From the NCBI GenBank assembly GCA_041666545.1, contig JBAYGS010000001.1:89942-153941 (forward strand): DNA of 64,000 nucleotides, written 5' to 3'. Made by a program: the position numbers and the translations under genes. How positions within the stretch are numbered: position 1 is the stretch's first letter; every line of letters begins with the position of its first letter. The notes beneath the pieces are model-generated. The model searched no databases, was not told the origin of the DNA, and saw only the letters and a list, made by a program, of their open reading frames with translations. This stretch comes from Minisyncoccota bacterium (GTDB taxonomy: Bacteria; Patescibacteriota; Minisyncoccia; Phycocordibacterales; JBAYGS01). Shown here in pieces: positions 27,883 to 37,411 of the stretch.

Positions 27883-28767
27883 ATGGAAAAATACTTATCG
27901 ACCGAAAATCTGGAAAGACATAGTCTTGGCGTAAAAGTCATTAGGATTTTTACTGTTCCTTTATTGAACAATCTACCCGCCTCCTTAGTCCAGAAAATGA
28001 TGAAAAAATCTAGCAAGGATGCCTCGGCCGTGGTAGAGAGGGGAGGATCGACTCATGCCCTCGAAGCCATGTATAGCCGCCACAGCCGGAGTATTTTTTC
28101 AAGAGGATTTTGGCAAGGACTGGCCGATAGTTTCTGGCATCATGTGATTTCTCAGCCAAAAGCGATTCGAAATCGGTTAAAAATTGTAGAGCTGGCGATT
28201 GAAAAGGAGCTTGTGAAAATAATCTCCGAGAAAAGTGTAGACACTGACCCCGTTAGGATTCTAAATGTTGGGGGCGGTTCGTCTCGAGCGATTATGCACG
28301 TTCTGAATCGAATCTTCCAAGACCACCCGAATGTTCAAATTAAGGTAACCAATATTGATAAAGATGCTCGAGCTATCGAGCTGGGTAAAAAGATTGCAGA
28401 GCAACAAAAGCTCGGCCACTGTTTTGAGTGGATTAATGACGATGCTCGTAATATCTCAAAACTGGTGAGCCCAGAATCATTCGACCTAGTTGAAATGGTT
28501 GGTTTGCTAGATTACTTTCAAAACGATCGAGGCACCCAAGTCATCGGACAAATCTATAATGCCCTCAAAGTTGGCGGTATGTTTATTGTCGCCAATGTTT
28601 TTCCGAATTCGGAAATGCCTTTTGTCTACAAGACTGGCTGGCCCAAAATGTACTACAAGACGCCTGAAGATATTCGCACGATTTTAAAGCAAAGCGGGTT
28701 TAACGCCGAACCCGACATTTTTACAGAGCCCCTGAAAGTTCATATAATAGGTGTTGTAAGAAAATAA
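27883..28767 (+). CDS. Class I SAM-dependent methyltransferase
   Basis: ILNVGGGS, ID.D..A, DAR, FDLV..VGLLDY. Confidence 0.85.
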   Translation: MEKYLSTENLERHSLGVKVIRIFTVPLLNNLPASLVQKMMKKSSKDASAVVERGGSTHALEAMYSRHSRSIFSRGFWQGLADSFWHHVISQPKAIRNRLKIVELAIEKELVKIISEKSVDTDPVRILNVGGGSSRAIMHVLNRIFQDHPNVQIKVTNIDKDARAIELGKKIAEQQKLGHCFEWINDDARNISKLVSPESFDLVEMVGLLDYFQNDRGTQVIGQIYNALKVGGMFIVANVFPNSEMPFVYKTGWPKMYYKTPEDIRTILKQSGFNAEPDIFTEPLKVHIIGVVRK

Positions 28768-28769
28768 TT

Positions 28770-30413
28770 ATGGAGATATTTGCGATATCGGGTTTAATCA
28801 ACGGGATTGTCGCCACCGCGTTCGGTGTTCTTGTTATTTTAAAAAACTGGAAGGATCGTTCGAACCAGTTATACTTTTTGATGACTGCAGCTCTAGCTCT
28901 CTGGTCTTTCAGCTATTGGCAGTGGCTTTTATCTAGTGACTACACAACCGCCCTCTTTTGGGTGCGCACCCTCTCTGTTGGATCATTGTTTATCCCAATT
29001 TTTTTCTTTCATTGGGTCATTCAGCTAACTAAAAATAGGACATATAACTGTGTTGTTCTAAAAATTGTCTACGCAATCGCCGTAATCATTATCTTTTTTG
29101 TAAATTCACCACTTTTTATTGCAAACCTAGAAGGTAAATCGATTTTTACCTTCTGGCCAAATGCCGGAATGGTGTATGACATTTATTTTTCTTATATTTA
29201 TGTCGGCTTAATTCTTTATACAATTTATATTTTGATCCGCTCGTATCGACTTGCCGCTGACAACGATCGCAAGGGACAGATTCTTTACATACTCATCGGA
29301 GCGATTCTTGGTTTTGGTGGCGGTCTGACAAATTTCCCACTTTGGTTCGGGATTCCTCTTCCGCCATATGGAAATTTTCTGGTCGCCGCCTTTCCATTTT
29401 TGCTAGGCTACTCAGTTTTAAAGTTTAAATTATTCGACGCAAAAACAATCGCCACCGAGCTCTTAGTTTTCTTCATCGAAATTATTCTACTTGTCCAAGC
29501 CGTTCTATCCAAGTCGGCTACTGAAGCAGTCCTCAAAGGGGGTCTTTTCATCGTTGTCGGAATCTTCGGCTATTTACTTATTAAAAGTGTGTATCGCGAA
29601 GTTGAGCAACGCCAACAAATCGAGCAATTGGCCGCTAAGCTTGAAGCGTCGAATGAGGCCCTGGAAGGGGTTAACAAAAATTTGGCGGTGGCGAATGAAA
29701 AGCTGAAGGAGTTGGATCAGCTGAAAAGTGAATTTGTGTCGCTGGCAACCCATCAAATCCGCGGCCCGCTTACCGCGATCAAGGGCTACGCGTCACTCAT
29801 TATGGAAGGAGATTACGGCCGAATTTCGGCCAAGGTGAAGGAGGCGCTCGACTATATTTATAAATCGACCGAATCACTTGTCCTCGTGGTTAGTGACTTC
29901 TTGGATGTCTCGCGCATCGAGCAGGGCCGAATGAAATATGATTTTAAAATTTTTGATTTTCGAGATTTGGTGAAAGAGATTGTCAATGAATTAAAACCGA
30001 ATATCGACAAAGCCGGCCTGAATTTTACTTTTGAATCCAAGGAGGAGGAAAAATTCCCAATCAACGGCGACCAGGTCAAACTCAAGCAGGTCATCGCCAA
30101 CATCATCGACAATTCGGTCAAATACACACCTAAAGGCTCCGTCAAAGTCTCCGTCACTAAGCATGGCAAGAAAATCAAGTTTGCCGTCAAGGATACGGGG
30201 GTGGGAATTTCGCCAGATACTCTGCCGAGACTCTTTGCCAAATTTAGCCGCGCCCAAGATGCCAGCTTGACCAACACTAGCGGCACAGGTCTCGGTTTGT
30301 ATCTCGCCAAAGCCATCATCGAAGCCCATCAGGGCAAAATCTGGGCCGAGTCGGAGGGGAAGGGGAAGGGTTCACAATTCTATGTCGAACTTGACGAAAC
30401 TAAGAAAATTTAG
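28770..30413 (+). CDS. Sensor histidine kinase with polytopic (HisKA_7TM-like) N-terminus
   Basis: ATHQIRGPL H-box, N, G1 and G2 boxes; multiple TM helices. Confidence 0.93.
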   Translation: MEIFAISGLINGIVATAFGVLVILKNWKDRSNQLYFLMTAALALWSFSYWQWLLSSDYTTALFWVRTLSVGSLFIPIFFFHWVIQLTKNRTYNCVVLKIVYAIAVIIIFFVNSPLFIANLEGKSIFTFWPNAGMVYDIYFSYIYVGLILYTIYILIRSYRLAADNDRKGQILYILIGAILGFGGGLTNFPLWFGIPLPPYGNFLVAAFPFLLGYSVLKFKLFDAKTIATELLVFFIEIILLVQAVLSKSATEAVLKGGLFIVVGIFGYLLIKSVYREVEQRQQIEQLAAKLEASNEALEGVNKNLAVANEKLKELDQLKSEFVSLATHQIRGPLTAIKGYASLIMEGDYGRISAKVKEALDYIYKSTESLVLVVSDFLDVSRIEQGRMKYDFKIFDFRDLVKEIVNELKPNIDKAGLNFTFESKEEEKFPINGDQVKLKQVIANIIDNSVKYTPKGSVKVSVTKHGKKIKFAVKDTGVGISPDTLPRLFAKFSRAQDASLTNTSGTGLGLYLAKAIIEAHQGKIWAESEGKGKGSQFYVELDETKKI

Positions 30414-30483
30414 CTAGAATACAAGGGAACAGCCGATAGGTGTCGGATTTGCTCCAAAAAAACCCAAAATGAAAGGCGATTGT

Positions 30484-30633
30484 ATGGATTCCCAGGCCCA
30501 ACAACCCTTCATGTTCGGTTTCAAGGTTAGCGTCGACTTGAAAGAAGAGGTCGCTAACTCGCAGGCGTGTGGCGGTACCTACTACACCACAAGCTCCGGC
30601 GGAAGAGAAACCGAATATGATGAGGACCCGTAA
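30484..30633 (+). CDS. Putative graspetide (ATP-grasp RiPP) precursor, 49 aa (below ORF-track cutoff)
   Basis: MDSQAQQPFMFGFKVSVDLKEEVANSQACGGTYYTTSSGGRETEYDEDP; GAAAGG RBS; TTGACG-18-TAGAAT promoter; near an ATP-grasp gene. Confidence 0.72.
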   Translation: MDSQAQQPFMFGFKVSVDLKEEVANSQACGGTYYTTSSGGRETEYDEDP

Positions 30634-30678
30634 GTTTTGACGGAACAAGCACACACTTTGATCAGATCAGATTTCTAG

Positions 30679-31179
30679 TCAAAGTGTTTTTTTATTAAGT
30701 CTCACCAGTTTAGCTTTTATTTCCTTTAGGGTTGGGACATTAAACTCAATCCTTTCCGAGTCGGTCGTTTTTGGATCGATCGGAAACAGCTTCCACCTGC
30801 CGGTCTTAATGTTTCTCTGAAATTGAGTCCCGAATTTCTGCTTTAATCCTTGTTGGGTGAGAATTCGGTCTGTGACGGCAGCGAAAAGCCATTTCGCTGG
30901 TTTATAATTCCTTTCCATACTCCCATTGACAAGTCGCAAGGCAATTTTTGTGTCGGAGAGCTTGCCACTATGGTGAAATATCATAGCTGCGCAGTAAAAT
31001 TCCTTACCATTCTTTAGTTGTCCACTTTTAACTATCCGCTTAGCTTCTGCCAGTCGATAGTTGTCCCTCTTAACCATAAGAGCGAAGTCTTTTTCGAAAA
31101 GTTTCGCTTTTCTATCTCGTTGGCCAGCTAAGAACAGACCCACAATTTTACTCAATCTTTTCCTTGACATGTCTACCAT
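30679..31179 (-). CDS. DUF6624-like helical protein
   Basis: AAMIFHH, WLFAAVTDR......KQKFGTQ, TTDSER..FNVP. Confidence 0.65.
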   Translation of the reverse strand: MVDMSRKRLSKIVGLFLAGQRDRKAKLFEKDFALMVKRDNYRLAEAKRIVKSGQLKNGKEFYCAAMIFHHSGKLSDTKIALRLVNGSMERNYKPAKWLFAAVTDRILTQQGLKQKFGTQFQRNIKTGRWKLFPIDPKTTDSERIEFNVPTLKEIKAKLVRLNKKTL

Positions 31180-31231
31180 GCTATATTACTCTAATTTTGA
31201 AGTCAACCGAACATTCAAAAATTGAGGATTT

Positions 31232-32185
31232 ATGATTCTTATTCTAACCAAGTCCTACGACCCAACGGCAGATTTTGTCTGTGAAAAAGCAAAAATGCGC
31301 GGGATAGGAGTTCACAGGGTTGATCTGGACTCCTTGCCGAAAGAAGGAACAGTGTCGATCATGGGTAACGGCTCCTGGGCTATTGATGCCAACACCGGCA
31401 AAATCGATAGCAGGGAGATTAAAAGGGTGTGGCAAAGGCGAATTCCCACAATCAAAATGGGGTTTCCTGACCCAGAAGCAAACGAGTACGCGGAAAAAGA
31501 ATGGAGACTATTGTTTGAGTGGTGGATTAATTCACTTCCGGATGGCCGGGTGTTGGATCCCGAGCACCGGCTAAAATTCGCTTACAACAAACTCCTTCAG
31601 CTTCAGTGTGCGAAACGAGTGGGATTGACTGTTCCTGACACCTTGGTCACAACAGACAGGGTGCTAGTGGAGCAATTTTATGAAAAGCACGGTGGCATGA
31701 TTGTTGTCAAATCTCTTGGTGGTTTTGGTAAAGTCCATACCGATCGGCAAGAGTTTGAAGCGATCTATACGAGCCAAGTTACAGAAAAGGATTTGGCTAG
31801 ATTATCGGAATTGAAATGTGTGCCAGTTGTTTTCCAGACCTGTATCGAAAAACTCTACGAGATCAGGGCAACGGTCGTAGGTGATCAAATCTTCTCTTGC
31901 AAAATTGAGTCCCAAAAGAGCGAGAAAACTAAAATCGACTGGAGAAAATATGATTTCAAGAATGTGCCACATACTCAGATTGAATTACCACCCGCAATTA
32001 ATGAGAAAATTCTCTCTGTGATGAGCACCTTCGGAATTCACTTCGCCTCCTTTGATCTTGCGTTTGACCAGTCCGGCCAGTACATTTTTTTTGAAATGAA
32101 CCCTAATAGTCAATGGGTTTGGATTGAAAATCTCACCGGCATGCCGATAACCGAAGCGTTGCTAGACTATCTTAACTGCGACTAA
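31232..32185 (+). CDS. ATP-grasp RiPP ligase (MvdC/MvdD-like)
   Basis: D.TADFV, NKL.QL..A..VGL.VP.TL.T, FQ..I.K.YEIR.TVVG, DWR, F.EMNP..QW.WIE. Confidence 0.88.
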   Translation: MILILTKSYDPTADFVCEKAKMRGIGVHRVDLDSLPKEGTVSIMGNGSWAIDANTGKIDSREIKRVWQRRIPTIKMGFPDPEANEYAEKEWRLLFEWWINSLPDGRVLDPEHRLKFAYNKLLQLQCAKRVGLTVPDTLVTTDRVLVEQFYEKHGGMIVVKSLGGFGKVHTDRQEFEAIYTSQVTEKDLARLSELKCVPVVFQTCIEKLYEIRATVVGDQIFSCKIESQKSEKTKIDWRKYDFKNVPHTQIELPPAINEKILSVMSTFGIHFASFDLAFDQSGQYIFFEMNPNSQWVWIENLTGMPITEALLDYLNCD

Positions 32186-32261
32186 AACAACCACGCAAAC
32201 CCGATGTATTTTGTCGGGTTTTTAAATTTTGCAATCTTTTGAAAAAATTATTAGGAGCTAC

Positions 32262-32333
32262 ATCTGGGCCGAGTCGGAGGGCAAAGGCAAAGGCAGCCAG
32301 TTTTATGTGGAGTTGGAGGCTAAACCAGATTAG
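32262..32333 (+). pseudogene. Displaced 3' fragment of histidine-kinase gene (copy 2)
   Basis: Encodes IWAESEGKGKGSQFYVELEAKPD*; homologous to 30339-30413. Confidence 0.9.
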
Positions 32334-32528
32334 TAAATTTGGTCGCCCGAACCGTTCGGAACGGTTTTAGGGAGGCGAGGGATTAGTTGAGAAGTTAAAA
32401 AGCCCCGACGCTTGTCGCAAGGTCGGGACCCCGACTGAAACGCCGGGGTTTTGAAGTTGGGAGGTTTGGAAGTTTAGAAGGTAGTGGACTTATTGCGCAT
32501 CCAATTTCGCTGTGGTATTATTTACGAT

Positions 32529-32735
32529 ATGAGCACAATCGCTATTCCCAAAACAATAACTAAGGGGGAGGAACTAGTCATTATTCCTAGACGGGAGTAT
32601 GATCGCTTTTTAGCCATTATTTCCGGCAATGAAGAAATAAAAGGTGATGATGTTCTACGCTGGTCTCGAGAAGCTAAAAGACTTAAAAGAGCTGGTAAAT
32701 TACCTCTTCTGAACTCTCTTAAAAATCTTTTGTAA
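32529..32735 (+). CDS. Probable antitoxin
   Basis: ELVIIPRREY motif; directly upstream of a RelE-like toxin. Confidence 0.6.
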   Translation: MSTIAIPKTITKGEELVIIPRREYDRFLAIISGNEEIKGDDVLRWSREAKRLKRAGKLPLLNSLKNLL

Positions 32736-32743
32736 AAGATTGC

Positions 32744-32998
32744 ATGAAAATTTATTTTCATCCACGATTTGCAAAGTCATTTAGCAAATTGTCGACTACG
32801 CTCAAGGCAAGGGCAATCGATAGGGAAAAGATATTTCGAATTAATCCGTTTAATTCGAGTCTCGATACTCACAAACTTCACGGAAAATTAAGAAATCAAT
32901 GGAGTTTTTCGGTTAATAGAAAGTGTAGAATTATTTTTGAATTTGTCGACAAGAATGTCATATTCCTCGACATAGGGGACCACTCACTATATCAGTAA
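32744..32998 (+). CDS. RelE/ParE-superfamily toxin (YafQ/HigB-like)
   Basis: F.KSF.KL, NPF..SL.THKL.G.L...WSFSV, RIIF, DIG.H..Y. Confidence 0.85.
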   Translation: MKIYFHPRFAKSFSKLSTTLKARAIDREKIFRINPFNSSLDTHKLHGKLRNQWSFSVNRKCRIIFEFVDKNVIFLDIGDHSLYQ

Positions 32999-33007
32999 TT
33001 TTAGATT

Positions 33008-33112
33008 CTCGCCAAATCAATCATCGAAGCCCACCAAGGCAAAATCTGGGCCGAATCCGAGGGTAAAGGTAAGGGGAGTCAGTTTTATGTGGAGCTGGGG
33101 GCCAAGGAATAA
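33008..33112 (+). pseudogene. Displaced 3' fragment of histidine-kinase gene (copy 3)
   Basis: Encodes LAKSIIEAHQGKIWAESEGKGKGSQFYVELGAKE*. Confidence 0.9.
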
Positions 33113-33190
33113 TTAGGACTCGGTAATTTAAGCCCCCTCCTGTGAGGTACGCTACCTTAAAGGAGGGATATAACGAATTAAAATCATTTC

Positions 33191-33658
33191 ATGAAAAGAA
33201 ACCGTTCAGCTGGAATAGTAATTAAGGACGATAAAGTTCTTGTGATGCATCGTATCAATAGAGGCGATGAATACTGGGTATTTCCTGGTGGCGGACAGGA
33301 AGACGGCGAAACATCAGAACAAACAGCGGTCCGTGAAATTGATGAGGAAACAACCATCAAAGTAAAGGTAGGAAGACCCGTATATCACATTACCTGGGAT
33401 ACGGGTGAAGAGAATTTTTTCTACCTCTGCGATTACATTTCAGGAGAGCCGAAATTGAGATCGGACTCGGAAGAAATTCATCAGATGAAGAGTGGCAAAC
33501 AAGTATATGAACCAATGTGGATCGAGATTAGTAAACTGTCCGAACTCAAGCTTTATCAATTGGAAGTACGAGATTTATTCTTGAGAGACTATAAGTCTGG
33601 TTTTCTAGAGCACATGCAAGAATTATTCATTAAGCTCGCCGAGCGAAGACATAAGTAA
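33191..33658 (+). CDS. NUDIX hydrolase
   Basis: PGGGQEDGETSEQTAVREIDEET. Confidence 0.9.
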   Translation: MKRNRSAGIVIKDDKVLVMHRINRGDEYWVFPGGGQEDGETSEQTAVREIDEETTIKVKVGRPVYHITWDTGEENFFYLCDYISGEPKLRSDSEEIHQMKSGKQVYEPMWIEISKLSELKLYQLEVRDLFLRDYKSGFLEHMQELFIKLAERRHK

Positions 33659-33677
33659 ATTTAATAACAAAAGCCAT

Positions 33678-34286
33678 ATGAAATCTGGCAAATTACTTCT
33701 AACATCAACAGGTTTATCTTCTGGAAATATCGCAAAAAGATTTCAGAGTTTTTTTGCTGATCCTAGAAGCCAGACTGTTGCAATAGTAACAACGGCGGCA
33801 GAAGGTAAGGATCAAAATAAATATTCTCAATTGGCAAAAAAACAGTTAGAGGAAATGGGATTCGTTAAGATTGATTTTGTTGATCTTGAGGCAGAGCCAA
33901 GCAGAGACTTTTCTTCATACGGAGTTATCTATGTATGTGGAGGAAACACTTTTAAGCTTCTCAAATTTGCCCGAGAAGCAAATTTTAAAACTTCAATTGA
34001 AAACCTCCTGAGTCGAGGTGGTGTATATGTTGGCGTTAGTGCCGGAAGCATTATTGTCGGTCCTTCAATTGACATCACCAACGAGGTAGAACCCGAACCA
34101 AATGATATCGGCTTAAAAGATCTTGCTGGTTTTAGCATTACTAATCTTATTATTCTTCCTCATTATTCCTCAGAAAAGGAGCCGGCAACGGCTGATTTTG
34201 AGAAAAAATACGGAGTGAGAGTTGAGCGCTTGAACGACTCCCAGGCTGCTCTCCTAGAAAACGGAGAAGAAACTATTGTTGAATAA
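33678..34286 (+). CDS. Peptidase S51 (dipeptidase E-like)
   Basis: GGNTF, GVSAGS, LPHY. Confidence 0.85.
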   Translation: MKSGKLLLTSTGLSSGNIAKRFQSFFADPRSQTVAIVTTAAEGKDQNKYSQLAKKQLEEMGFVKIDFVDLEAEPSRDFSSYGVIYVCGGNTFKLLKFAREANFKTSIENLLSRGGVYVGVSAGSIIVGPSIDITNEVEPEPNDIGLKDLAGFSITNLIILPHYSSEKEPATADFEKKYGVRVERLNDSQAALLENGEETIVE

Positions 34287-34317
34287 AAATGGAGACACAC
34301 TTGCGTATGTCTCCATG

Positions 34318-35073
34318 TTAGAGCAACTTCTCAATATTACCTGTCAGATCCTTCACCCTTTTCCTTTTAGAAAGTCCGAGGGCGATTTCATAGATAGGCC
34401 GGTCCGAGGGCCGAAGGAGAATTGCTTGTCGCTCAAGCGAACGGAATCCACGGAGGTACTGGCGGCTGCGTGCAAACGCCAACCTGATCATTGCAGCTGT
34501 AGCATCTGAGAGGCATAGCTCTCGCTCGATGGTTGCATTTCCATGCAATTTTTCAAGTGTTGAGAGTTTTTGTTTTATCTCTTCAGTGCACAACTCAATG
34601 ATGTTTTTCGAGAGCAAAGCAGGATAGGGAATAAGTAACTCCCTCAAGCGGTCACCGGTGTCGGTTACGTCGTACAAAGTTTCAGCCGTAGCCAAATCTC
34701 CGCACAACGCCTCCGGCAACCAGTACCCGGTAGCCCATGAGCGATGTTGACCGCCCAGGTTCTTGCCCTTGATCCATCCTTCAACCTGCCGAACAAGTAG
34801 GGCCACATCGCAAACTGCGACACCACCCGTACCCGCTGGTAGATCAAAGCGTACGCTATCGTCGCACACGAAAAAGTTTCCATCAGGCCATCGTTTTCTC
34901 AGTAAAGATTCGATGATGGACGAATATGTCTCAATTCTACCCTCATCGCAACCTGCCAAGAGATCAATTTTGCCTTCCGACGAATTCCTCTTCCGTCCGA
35001 CACGTAAGAGCATTTTCATACCCTGCATCTCACGCAGAACGTGAGCAAGATCAGAGGTTACGCTACTTTTCAT
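34318..35073 (-). CDS. Hypothetical protein, possibly degenerate nucleotidyltransferase fold with helical C-terminus
   Basis: 4-bp overlap with upstream gene; weak VG......GKIDLL motif. Confidence 0.5.
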   Translation of the reverse strand: MKSSVTSDLAHVLREMQGMKMLLRVGRKRNSSEGKIDLLAGCDEGRIETYSSIIESLLRKRWPDGNFFVCDDSVRFDLPAGTGGVAVCDVALLVRQVEGWIKGKNLGGQHRSWATGYWLPEALCGDLATAETLYDVTDTGDRLRELLIPYPALLSKNIIELCTEEIKQKLSTLEKLHGNATIERELCLSDATAAMIRLAFARSRQYLRGFRSLERQAILLRPSDRPIYEIALGLSKRKRVKDLTGNIEKLL

Positions 35074-36188
35074 AGCGCCCCCTTTCCGCGTTTCGCTTCC
35101 TCAAACCCGATTAAGGCCTTTGGAAAACCGAATGTGGATGCCAGATACTCGATGTCTGATTCGGTTAGAGGGCCATCCCTGTGGTAAACGAGCTTTTGAT
35201 ACTCTTTTCTCCCACGCTCAAGGCCTTTCTCGAATTTTGACACCTCTTCAGCAAATACGGTTTTCACCGTCTCGGCCGAAGACCACTGGTTTCCTGATAT
35301 CATGACAAACTCATCAAATGGAATCGATGCCTGCTGACAGAGGATGAATGCTTCTCGGATAAGTTTCCGAAGAACATAGTCCGCTGCCTTGTTTCCAGGC
35401 CGAAGCCCTTGTGATACCAGGATCACCGCCGCCTTGCCGAGATCGGCTAAGCGACACATGTTGGCTTGATCCTGAACTTTGGATCGTTTAGTGAGAGAGC
35501 TGACCACACCTACCCAGTTCGAGTTTTCATAGTCGCTTCGGCTGCACTCAACGGCAGTTACGATGCGATCAATACTAGCCCCTGAATCGGCAGCAATCAT
35601 CTCCAGCGGAGATTCAAAGAGGACTTCGCCTTGGAATTGGGTAAAGACCAAGTTCCAAAGTTCCATTGACTTCCCTGTGCCTGGATTTTGCCAAACAATC
35701 TCCGTACGAACGCCGCATCGGTTCCGAGTCGGTGTATAAGTGACGTTTCCATCATTGCTGATGATCCTAACACCTAGCCTTTCCCAGATTCTTTGAGACG
35801 TTTCATCTTGTGGGTGCACGGTCGCTGACAGTGTGCTGGGATTAATACCTAAGCACACCGTCAAATATCTCCATGCACTTTCGATCATCACATCCTTCAC
35901 TTCAGCTTCTTTGTCCTCGTAGAGGGAAAAGTGGCCAAGCATGTCGAATGCTAGATGATGCCTTCCTGAACGACCGATTTTCTCCCATCCATCAGTTCTC
36001 AAGCAGGTTTGCACCGAGACGACGCGACTACTTTTGGGAGATGTCCCATTAGAGATCGCGTCTTCGAATACAACTCCACCAGAGATGTTAAACAGGAGTT
36101 TCGGATTTGAACTTGCGATCGGAACACTGTCTTGCCACTTGAAACCGAAGGTCCCGAAGTGGCGCTTTATTTCAGCATACGACTTCAT
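35070..36188 (-). CDS. Truncated, divergent alanyl-tRNA synthetase-like protein
   Basis: LLFNISG, QTCLR, RHHLAFDMLGHFS, ELWNLVF.QF, DSGASIDR, YVLRKLIR, TFGFP; no editing domain. Confidence 0.82.
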   Translation of the reverse strand: MKSYAEIKRHFGTFGFKWQDSVPIASSNPKLLFNISGGVVFEDAISNGTSPKSSRVVSVQTCLRTDGWEKIGRSGRHHLAFDMLGHFSLYEDKEAEVKDVMIESAWRYLTVCLGINPSTLSATVHPQDETSQRIWERLGVRIISNDGNVTYTPTRNRCGVRTEIVWQNPGTGKSMELWNLVFTQFQGEVLFESPLEMIAADSGASIDRIVTAVECSRSDYENSNWVGVVSSLTKRSKVQDQANMCRLADLGKAAVILVSQGLRPGNKAADYVLRKLIREAFILCQQASIPFDEFVMISGNQWSSAETVKTVFAEEVSKFEKGLERGRKEYQKLVYHRDGPLTESDIEYLASTFGFPKALIGFEEAKRGKGAL

Positions 36189-37411
36189 GTGGAACCTCCC
36201 ATTGCCAAGTGTTTGAATACAGTCTGCCTGACTGCGTAGGTGAACTTGTTCATCACGGGATGAGTGACAAGTCCGTGGTTAGTGTCCCAACTTACGACAT
36301 GAGCCGGAATCCCGAGATTATCCAATATTGCCTGAGCACGTTCGATGTTCATGGAATATGCTGATCCATGAGCACAGATTTGCCGCTGAGCAAGAGGACA
36401 ACGAGACTCCTCACACTCGTGTCTGGCAAATGCCTGAACCGAAGTGATGCTAGGAATCTTGAGCATCCGAGTAAGCGCGCATGAGGATTTCAGGTATACT
36501 GGAACTCCAGAGAAGTGTTCAGCGCTCAAGGAAAAGATAAAGTCTATCAGATCTTGAGGCAGCATCTTCACATTGTCATTCTTAGGAATTTTTGGCATGG
36601 GAAGTTTGTGAATCTCCACCAGGCCATTTTCGATACCTTCAGTCCAACGCAATCCTCCAGGGATGATCATGTCAATGACGTTGCCATAGTGCTTTTCGAC
36701 CCAGAGCATCATCATTTCGATGCGATCCTTGTTTCCGCTCCATTCAGGAACGATCGGTCGCATGTACCATGCGATGGTGGCACCAGCTTCCTTTGCTTCT
36801 TCAGCATTCAGAAAGCGGTTGTTGTGAGCAGGTTCAATCGTATCAGGATTGTCTGCCCAGCACAGAGACAACATCAAGCCCCGCGTCGCATTTGTGATGC
36901 GGGCGATATCGAGCTTTCTCCCTTTCGGAACGCCACCTTTAGTGACGATCCAAAAGGGATTTCGCAGACCACGTTGCACGAATGCTTCCATGATCTCGAA
37001 TGTGCTATCTGTGACCGGTCCAGGAGCGAACGGTTCAGTGCTTGCGGTTCCGATGCTGATGATTGTCTCATTTGCAACGAAGAATGGATGCTTGATCAGT
37101 TCGTCGATGATTTGGTCAACGGTGAACTGATTGCGTCGCCTCGGTCTTTTCGGCATTGTGCCTTGATCAGCAAGATCCTGATTGGTGTCTTGCACGTGGC
37201 AGTATCTGCACTGCCACGAGCATCCAATCCAGAGATCAATACTCAGTGAGCTGTTAGACACACTGACGCACGAGAGGGGATGATTACTGTCAGGAACAAG
37301 AACTCCATACGTGTATTCACGCACAGAAAATTCTCGGCCCGTAGTCATCCCGTTGATTGTGACACGCGGTTCCGAACTGGCTGCCGCGAAGTATTCCTGT
37401 TTGGAATTCAT
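36185..37411 (-). CDS. Radical SAM enzyme
   Basis: CSWQCRYC (CX3CX2C), STEPF, IVTK. Confidence 0.88.
   Translation of the reverse strand: MNSKQEYFAAASSEPRVTINGMTTGREFSVREYTYGVLVPDSNHPLSCVSVSNSSLSIDLWIGCSWQCRYCHVQDTNQDLADQGTMPKRPRRRNQFTVDQIIDELIKHPFFVANETIISIGTASTEPFAPGPVTDSTFEIMEAFVQRGLRNPFWIVTKGGVPKGRKLDIARITNATRGLMLSLCWADNPDTIEPAHNNRFLNAEEAKEAGATIAWYMRPIVPEWSGNKDRIEMMMLWVEKHYGNVIDMIIPGGLRWTEGIENGLVEIHKLPMPKIPKNDNVKMLPQDLIDFIFSLSAEHFSGVPVYLKSSCALTRMLKIPSITSVQAFARHECEESRCPLAQRQICAHGSAYSMNIERAQAILDNLGIPAHVVSWDTNHGLVTHPVMNKFTYAVRQTVFKHLAMGGST

Noticed and set aside
30400-30654. 84-aa minus-strand ORF
   Set aside because: The plus-strand 49-aa precursor has a promoter, RBS and RiPP-like features; this ORF is its shadow.
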